A stretch of DNA of 36,639 bases, taken from NCBI GenBank assembly GCA_900128585.1, contig LT642196.1, positions 1 to 36,639 of the forward strand, written 5' to 3'. Both the position numbers and the translations under genes were made by a program. The stretch is from Stramenopiles sp. TOSAG23-3 (Eukaryota). This document shows, piece after piece, positions 30,701 to 36,639 of this stretch. Each line of letters starts with the position of its first letter. Within the stretch, counting starts at the first letter, position 1. The notes below the pieces were generated by a model, which made no database searches, was not told where the DNA came from, and worked only from the letters and a program-made list of their open reading frames with translations.

Positions 30701-31598
30701 TTTCTTGTCTGTAAAAGGGAGTTAAGGTACCATTGTTTAAACTCTGGTATTGCGAAGGAGCATACATGCCAGCACTCAACGCTGCTAGTGAAAAAGCACC
30801 AAGATTGCTGTTTTCAATTCCTGCTCCACCAGAGTACAAAATGAGAGCAGGAATAGACAGCAGTGCAGCCCCAAACATAAGTGCTGAAAACAGCGAGGCA
30901 ATTTCAAAGTATAGCCTGATTCCAACACCAAGTTTCTGCAAACGCCGTGCGGTTAAGTTGCATAATGAAGATTTTCCCTGTTCAAACATGTTTTCTGCTT
31001 TCTGCTGTGCAGCTTTGTCATATTCTGGGACCTTCCAGGGTGTTTCTTCAAAATCTGGCCCTAAATTTTCACCATCGCACTCAACTGTGGTAAAATGGCG
31101 CGTTATTACTTCGTCGCTGTGGTCGCCCCACACAAAGTTGTTGTTCTCCGGTTTTACCCATGTTTTGTAGCCGCTGGTGTTTTCCACGAAATAAGGCTGA
31201 CCACTTTCAGGGTCAATATATGCCGTCCAGACGGCACTTTCCGAGACCAGACTCTCTGTAGGCCACGTGCTGTCAACGCCAGATATTTCCGCTTCGCCAG
31301 TTACCTCATTCCACCGTTTCCCCCCAACATCTCCGGTGGTCTCAGACGCTTCGGCGTTGGCCTCATTGGTTTCGTCATACTCGTTTACTCCATCATACGC
31401 AGTTTTTTCGTTACTAGACGCTTCGTCATTAAACACATACTGCCCCTGAACGTTGTTTTCGCCTTCTTGTGAAGCCGAGATAGCACCATCTGTAAAGTCT
31501 TCAAACCCGTTGTTTTCTTCACCCGAGGTTTCCAGCAGCCCAATCGGGCTAGACAAAGTGGCCTCTTCCTCGTTGTACTCTTCTGTCATTTCGACCAT
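27702..31598 (-). CDS. WW-domain, multi-pass OSCA/TMEM63(CSC1)-like channel
   Basis: Acidic N-terminus; WW motif WTAYIDPESGQPYFVENTSGYKTWVKP; GVGIRLYF; TTSDFSV; AFVIFN; APEPGDVQFEYL; Cys-rich loop; FSPGMPIL; about 10 hydrophobic segments. Confidence 0.82.
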   Translation of the reverse strand: MVEMTEEYNEEEATLSSPIGLLETSGEENNGFEDFTDGAISASQEGENNVQGQYVFNDEASSNEKTAYDGVNEYDETNEANAEASETTGDVGGKRWNEVTGEAEISGVDSTWPTESLVSESAVWTAYIDPESGQPYFVENTSGYKTWVKPENNNFVWGDHSDEVITRHFTTVECDGENLGPDFEETPWKVPEYDKAAQQKAENMFEQGKSSLCNLTARRLQKLGVGIRLYFEIASLFSALMFGAALLSIPALILYSGGAGIENSNLGAFSLAALSAGMYAPSQYQSLNNGTLTPFYRQETNFGSSKIERWRATYMVSGLDFVVSVVFFAAYFRLRDYVDKTNDLVDLQTTTTSDFSVEIYKGLPPDTTEDEVLEHFSSLYCLDKVDIRGRPAISKKGKETKSVDQEGIVKPVMDVEHVDGDSKYVGKWVAEVTLVKNNGGALLHYLHLSTLQKRVRQQRATIKKFSEGTVYSKGPNIKKVKKAEKMLLKCEFEEEMSFKSMEEKDDVVSAFVIFNHEESYLRCMEDYALQRNQRFCACCTKCHIALPQLRFRDRHNLSVRTAPEPGDVQFEYLSFAGKNWKRRCFGRVTVFLILLFSFLAIWIVHSVKRSIDKEIPSFSVCQSNRLTYALVGDNISLPALELNRNKGKDVNCRKSVSQSSYFMKVKGLDAFYTEIDACSAAFHSCIREKPSTTKFCPCVSASSTDTCVDQNGEDYPAKTIAGCYCINGLDKSLEGNGIAGGSRFLETDGDLCGPFLTDIARSGFLKFFGSVLVAGINIGITFAIKYLVKRERHTHVSKEEAQVVMLSLIGQFMNTSVIIILIYFRLPGSESSATPFLFNGEYDDLTSGWYAVVGIFIQTTILLSSLTSHLHFVIHYFFLKPYNTHQAKHNAEKFTSQQEMNDAIAGKMFALDERLSSQLLLFAVPVVFSPGMPILLVIGACGLVLGSVIDKIDLARLSCHPPPVDATMPRAMVGVIPYLVCLRSAFATWVYSSPTIFASSTNDAEATRFTQMDQISMIEGSDKLSNRINSATVFHFVFFVLVCLYLVLRAIVWPLVDGVHHLLQKSFESIRCGKTKVKLLRPRSEGLPPFSDYYCDRLDKNFVKEKRTEAAWDPSVRRQTVDGVAYVSPAVPRLSKSERLLGWRSVKASNFPQHNDDTQSNEKHWKVKTWMSNGSSRGVKHRKGQLKRTWEVCQESAPSSYRMHKHGKYAVIDELRNEKVSLHAPDDATGDRFVSVDKESGGYENVYSERDYSDDIALAAADKYQISAYAAMEEPETDQTLASPKNLYDVSSSSEDEA

Positions 31599-31689
31599 AT
31601 TGCTGCAGCCTATTCACCCAAATATTTTGGTCTTTTTGAGCGTGTACCGCGAGTTCTTGCAAGCAGTTGTTATGGCTTTTAGTTTTTAC

Positions 31690-31865
31690 CTGAAACAGTA
31701 ATAATTCTCTCGATGATTTTATTAGGCAACCTTAACCACAGCAAGAAGTTGTCCAACCGACCCTATTAAAACAACAGCAACTTCGAAACTTCTGGTAGTT
31801 CACCTCCTCTACCGCCAAGCCGCCAAGTACAATTAGTAAGTGTGACAATACATATATTCTCTTAC
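31690..31865 (-). other. Probable 5'-UTR intron of the OSCA-like gene (176 nt)
   Basis: Minus strand: CAG|GTAAGA donor at 31865, CCTAAT branch-like motif, TTTCAG acceptor ending at 31690. Confidence 0.5.
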
Positions 31866-32419
31866 CTGTGGTGGATTGTACGAATATATTACAGCTGATA
31901 GTATAGAGACGATAAAAAAACTGGAGGAATTATTAGACAGACGATAAATTGGAAGAAAAATACAATTAATATTATTATACGAACAAGAAGACTATAGCCA
32001 AGACCCAAGACGACAAACAAAATTAAAACCGTTGTTAATTGTTTGTTGTTTGTGTTGCGGTTGATTTTTTGTTTTGTTTTTCGAATAGAGGCGATACGAT
32101 CCCTTCGAACATTTAAGTACAACTATATCCTATCAAAATATGACCCTTCGGGACGCCTACGTATAGCGTATCACAGGGGCCTATACTATCTTTCTATAAA
32201 ATTTACCTAATAAAGAATTTGGATCGATCCGCTCGGTAGAGATTTTAAGCATTTACATGAACACAGCATAATTCGCTGTGCTTTGTCGATTCGCCTGATC
32301 GCACCCACTCATTCCATTGTTAATGATAGGTGTAGGTACTTAATACATTACCATACTTTGTTTTGTCCTGTGCGACCTCTGCTCTCTGCTCCTCTGCTTC
32401 CCTTAATACTACGAGTAAT

Positions 32420-32572
32420 ATGTTAAAATAATAATAATAATAAAATAATAATAATACACTGTAATATAATAATAATAAAATATATTATATAAATAACGTA
32501 ATAATAATATATAAAAAATAATTAAATAATAATAATAATAGACTAATAATAATAATAATAAAAAAAATAATA
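32420..32572. repeat. (TAA)n-rich low-complexity tract
   Basis: Direct reading. Confidence 0.85.
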
Positions 32573-32730
32573 GTGGCAGAATTGTTTTTAGTACATTGCA
32601 TTGACAATTGATGTTTGATCCTATAAAAACTAGAAGTACCCACCCCACGGCTTGATTGGTTCATTTTCCACGGAAAACGAGTTTTTTACGTTCCTTCTTC
32701 TTACAAAGAACACTTAAAGTAATTGCTGCA

Positions 32731-33579
32731 ATGTCGATATCGCGTGTCCTTCTTCACCTCATTGCATTTTTCGCCGGCTTGTGCTACTGCAACTCTGCGC
32801 TTTCAGACGACGGCGTCGTCGATGTAGAATTTGTTCTTGGTGGGCTGGAAGGTAATGTAAAGGCAGGCATAATTGTGATAACAGTGCACCCAGCGTGGGC
32901 ACCAGTTGGCGCACAAAGATTTCTTAACCTAGTAAAACTTAACCACTTTAAGGGATGTAAATTTTTCAGAGTGATAGACAACTTTATGGCACAAACTGGG
33001 ATTGCCCCGTTGCCTGACAAAAACTGGGACAAGAAACCCATCAAAGACGACCCCAACGTTGGGCAGTCAAATCGTCGTGGTTACGTAACCTTTGCGACTG
33101 CAGGCCCTAATACGCGAAGTCAACAGATTTTCTTTAACTTCAAGGACAACTCGTTTTTGGATAGCCAAGGTTTTACCCCTTTTGGTGAAGTTACCTCAGG
33201 CATGAAACTTATTGATTCGTTGCATGTGACAGGTGAAGGTGCTCCATCTGGGCCTGGCCCGCTGCAGAATAAAATTTTAAAAGAAGGAAATCAATACTTG
33301 GAGTCGAAATTTCCGAAACTTAGCTATATCGACTCATGCCATATTGTCGGGGCTGAGCTTCCTTCTGGTAGTTCAAATGATCTAAATCAAAAAGAAGAAG
33401 GCAACGGTGGAGATCAGAAGTTTGTTCGAGGAAAGAGCGAGACGGCAAGCACAGTGGCCCCGGGCATGTCCACAACGTCAATTTGGTCTGTTGCTGCGGT
33501 GATTTTGTTCATATGCATGTGCTTAACACCTTGTAAAAGTTTTCTTAAACACAATTCAACCCCGAGACGGAATGCATAA
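32731..33579 (+). CDS. Cyclophilin-type peptidyl-prolyl isomerase with signal peptide and C-terminal TM anchor
   Basis: WAPVGAQRF, FFRVIDNFMAQTG, SNRRGYVTFATAGPNTRSQQIFFN, FLDSQGFTPFGEV. Hydrophobic N-terminus from ATG 32731 and C-terminal IWSVAAVILFICMCL. Confidence 0.92.
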   Translation: MSISRVLLHLIAFFAGLCYCNSALSDDGVVDVEFVLGGLEGNVKAGIIVITVHPAWAPVGAQRFLNLVKLNHFKGCKFFRVIDNFMAQTGIAPLPDKNWDKKPIKDDPNVGQSNRRGYVTFATAGPNTRSQQIFFNFKDNSFLDSQGFTPFGEVTSGMKLIDSLHVTGEGAPSGPGPLQNKILKEGNQYLESKFPKLSYIDSCHIVGAELPSGSSNDLNQKEEGNGGDQKFVRGKSETASTVAPGMSTTSIWSVAAVILFICMCLTPCKSFLKHNSTPRRNA

Positions 33580-33763
33580 CGAAAGATAGCCAATATTTGT
33601 TTTACAATCAAAGGGAAACATTTACTTAAAAATTTACTATGTAGATAGACTGATCATCAGTTTTTTTTTGTAGATATCATAGACTGAATAAGGCTTTTTT
33701 ATTAAACACATATACATATATTTTATCATATCTTCAATCATATGATTTGATTAAGAAAATCAC

Positions 33764-33831
33764 AGGAGCAGAGATAAATTCGCAAGTACATGAATACTTA
33801 TAAATAACAACAGCCAATTTTCTTGTTTTTA
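33764..33831 (+). repeat. Dispersed intergenic element, copy E
   Basis: AGGAGCAGAGATAAATTCGCAAGTACATGAATACTTATAAATAACAACAGCCAATTTTCTTGTTTTTA. Confidence 0.85.
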
Positions 33832-33915
33832 TATAGGGTTATGGTTAGGGTTAATATATATATATGGATATGATATTACACATTTTCTTTTCTTTCTTAT
33901 TAAGGGGTTCAAGGT

Positions 33916-36006
33916 TCAAAAAGAAAGGTCGTTCATGTCCTCCGCGCCAGCGGGCTTTTCCTTTTCTGAGCTGGGTTTGAACAGCACAGCACCTCTGGAA
34001 CTTTTGTTCCGAACAAGTTTTCTAGCATACCCCACCTCAACTTCGCGGCAATTTAACTCTATCGGTTCTCCTAATTTTATACCCTTGATCAGGCATCGCT
34101 CAAATAACCCCCCAGGCATGAAGCTTGACGGCCAAAACATGTTTGTTGAACTCTCGGCATCAGCCAAAAGGCCAGCTTCCTGGTATGCCGCTGCTACTAA
34201 CTCCGAGCAGAAGTAGCTCGATTTACTGGAAGAGTCTCCAAGACCGTCTTTTAGCAGCAACTTCTTTGGGGACAGACTATAAGGTTTTCCTTCAACTTTT
34301 TTGATGAACTTAACAAAGATCGAAGAAATGTCTTCTCTTGGTAGAGGAAACGACCCAGTCAAACTGCGTATTACGATCTTTGACGTTATGTGTTCACTGT
34401 ACACAAGAAGGCGATTTACCAACGGGTATATCTGTACACCATCACCTGTGGCTTCCAAAATATCAATGACCGTCTCGTTGCGGCGAATCACCACCGCTGC
34501 GTGGTCCCAGTCAGAAAATGTAATCGCACGCTGGAAGCCACTGAGAGAATTTCTCGACTGAAACAAAATGACATCACCAGTCTGGACAAAGTCTCGGACT
34601 TTTGAAATGTGAATAACCTTATTGTTTACTGCGGAACTCTGTGCTGCATGTTCTGACATGAAGCCAAGAAACGCTAAAACTTCTGGCCGACTAGAGGCCC
34701 AAGGGTGGGACAGAAGCTTGTTTAGATAATCAATTAACAACCGTCTGCGCCGGTCTACAAAATTTAAACCGAACGACTTTTGTATTGTCTTTGATGGAAG
34801 CCGTGGCAACGGTCGGCCCAAAGACACGGTTTTGTCTTCAGAGTACGCCCCGAGAAGCTTTTTCTGAAACTCCGAAAACTCTTTGTACCGTCGTGAAAGT
34901 ATCCACTTTAAAGACCCATTTTCAACATTAATCATGTAAGTCGAATACATCTTTCCAGATACTTGTTCTTTGTTCCTCTGGACTCGCAAGATATTGACAT
35001 GGATTTGGAGTTGAGGTACTAAATGCGATGGAACCAATTCAATGAACGGCAAGACATCATCGGAGTTGAACCTTTCTCGCAGCAGCAACGAAACAAGCGG
35101 TGTGCACTTTTGGAAGAAAAAACATTCTATTTCCCTCGCTTTGGCTTTTCTGTTTGCTGACGTGTCGTACCACCCCCTTCGGTACCACGCGCAATCTTTA
35201 TCTTGCGAGAAGCGTTTTCCTGTGACCAACACTCGAATCATAAAGTCGCTTAAAACATCGCTCGTCGATTCCGCTAACTTCTTCTTATTTTCGGCCTCAT
35301 CGGCTTCTTCAGAAGCCGTCGCCCTTGCAGCTTCTAAAACCGTTTTCATCAGCATGGTAATGCTAGCTTGCGGCGAAACGTTGCACAAAACTGGGCAACT
35401 GTCTGCCGTGATGCCATGGACATGGCACCTAAAACGCACACTTTGCACGATTTTTTTCCCGCCTTCACTCGCTAACAGTGGGTTGTGGTGTCTAGCATGA
35501 ATTTCCTTTGCCATATAAAAACGCTCATATTTTTTCTCATGGACGCTAAGAAGTTGTTCTAGATTCTTACCGGAAGCAACTTGAAGGGTTCCTCGGACGT
35601 TCGTCAGACGCCGAAAAACTTTGTCCGAAAGGATCGGCAACTGGATAATTTCTTTCAGCCAACACTGGAAGTCCATATCACACAATGGTGAAAATCTATA
35701 TTCGCGGGAACCCACATCAAAAACCATTTGAAACTTTTTGTGCGGTGACTTGTCGTCTTCGCGGTCGTCCATATCAAAATGTACCAACTGTACATCCTGA
35801 AGGTCAATAACACCCTTAAGGACTTCTTTACTACCGCCAAGAGCCTTTCCACTGTATGAAACAGAGAGTTTGTGGGTGTCTAAAACAACGGTCCTACTCT
35901 TTCCCTGTTTCAACATCGTGTGGCAGAGTTGATGAGTCAGGTCACTATCAACGTCTGCGTCCGACTCCGAGGTCAAGCGGGTCATCTCACACAAAAGCGA
36001 AGCCAT
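33916..36006 (-). CDS. PH-like + PX domain + permuted papain-like NlpC/P60 (YiiX/YaeF, C92-type) enzyme
   Basis: PH-like KGVIDL...FQCWLKEI; PX TYMINV...RRYKEF...LPSK...RRRLLIDYL; catalytic domain TGDVILF, WDHAAV, ILEAT, EGKPY, YFCSELVAAAY. First ATG is 36006. Confidence 0.88.
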   Translation of the reverse strand: MASLLCEMTRLTSESDADVDSDLTHQLCHTMLKQGKSRTVVLDTHKLSVSYSGKALGGSKEVLKGVIDLQDVQLVHFDMDDREDDKSPHKKFQMVFDVGSREYRFSPLCDMDFQCWLKEIIQLPILSDKVFRRLTNVRGTLQVASGKNLEQLLSVHEKKYERFYMAKEIHARHHNPLLASEGGKKIVQSVRFRCHVHGITADSCPVLCNVSPQASITMLMKTVLEAARATASEEADEAENKKKLAESTSDVLSDFMIRVLVTGKRFSQDKDCAWYRRGWYDTSANRKAKAREIECFFFQKCTPLVSLLLRERFNSDDVLPFIELVPSHLVPQLQIHVNILRVQRNKEQVSGKMYSTYMINVENGSLKWILSRRYKEFSEFQKKLLGAYSEDKTVSLGRPLPRLPSKTIQKSFGLNFVDRRRRLLIDYLNKLLSHPWASSRPEVLAFLGFMSEHAAQSSAVNNKVIHISKVRDFVQTGDVILFQSRNSLSGFQRAITFSDWDHAAVVIRRNETVIDILEATGDGVQIYPLVNRLLVYSEHITSKIVIRSLTGSFPLPREDISSIFVKFIKKVEGKPYSLSPKKLLLKDGLGDSSSKSSYFCSELVAAAYQEAGLLADAESSTNMFWPSSFMPGGLFERCLIKGIKLGEPIELNCREVEVGYARKLVRNKSSRGAVLFKPSSEKEKPAGAEDMNDLSF

Positions 36007-36429
36007 CGTGTACGCGGTAAGTAGCCCACACTTCACGGAAGAACGTGGCCGACTACGACGCGCTAAAGTTGCGATCTACCCGTCGTCTTTATTTTACAGT
36101 CAGGTGCATTGGTCAAGTGTCACACGGTGTCTACAAAACTCATTATCTTGCATTCAACGAAAAAATGAAAACGGTCAAAAACTAAAAGTTATCACCAGGA
36201 CGGAAGAAAGATACCGTAGTAGTGTAATTAGAAAGGTGACGACGGAGCGAGGAGGAAGGAAGAAGAAAAAAAGACAACCAACAACAACAGAGCACAACAA
36301 CAAGCCCCAATAATATTAGTGCCAAATAATAAAAATAGCCGCCCAACAACAATAAATAAAAAATAATAATAATAAAATTAAAAAAAAATGATGATGATTT
36401 TTTATTATTTTATTCTTTCTTCTAATCTA

Positions 36430-36639
36430 TTCTTTCTTTCTTTCTTTCTTTCTTTCTTTGTTTCTTTGTTTCTTTGTTTCTTTGTTTGTTTCTTTCTTTC
36501 TTTCTTTCTTTGTTTCTTTCCTTTGTTTGTTTGTTTGTTTGTTTGTTTCTTTTTTCTTTCCTTTGTTTGTTTGTTTGTTTGTTTGTTTGTTTGTTTGTTT
36601 GTTTGTTTGTTTGTTTGTTTGTTTGTTTGTTTGTTTGTT
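36430..36639. repeat. Compound (TTTC)n/(TTTG)n microsatellite running to the window end
   Basis: Direct reading. Confidence 0.95.

Noticed and set aside
31858-31870. CTTACCTG as the 5' end of U1 snRNA
   Set aside because: No U1 stem-loops or Sm site follow. It is better explained as a minus-strand splice donor.

Overview
Gene-dense, intron-poor eukaryotic nuclear DNA. Coding regions are GC-richer, and the spacers are AT-rich and full of microsatellites. The gene content (PKD2-like channel, CCDC33-like, Dpy-30/TOG proteins, RRRL-propeptide surface protein) suggests a flagellated protist, possibly a stramenopile; this is inference only. About 14 protein genes are recognisable. In order: a large secreted beta-helix/Calx-beta-like surface protein that runs off the left edge and is absent from the ORF track, a polycystin-2-like channel, RTRAF/CGI-99, thiamine pyrophosphokinase, ESF2/ABT1, bystin, intron-containing RPS17, a frame-split Dpy-30/EF-hand/TOG gene, the mitochondrial i-AAA protease (YME1/FtsH4 type), phosducin-like 3, a CCDC33-like C2/coiled-coil protein, a CLASP-N TOG protein, a WW-domain OSCA/TMEM63-like channel, a secreted cyclophilin and a PH-PX-permuted NlpC/P60 enzyme. 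I found no tRNA, rRNA, CRISPR array or transposase. The most interesting signals are: (i) a dispersed non-coding element (core TAAATAACAGCCAATTTTCTTG) in five copies, all between convergent gene ends, two of which form a long inverted repeat; (ii) two orphan ORFs, each followed by a homologous palindromic hairpin block; (iii) a TOG domain fused to a kinesin-13-like C-terminal tail; and (iv) an ESF2-bystin-RPS17 40S-biogenesis cluster with a possible unproductive splice acceptor in the RPS17 intron. All family calls are by motif recognition, without database searches.
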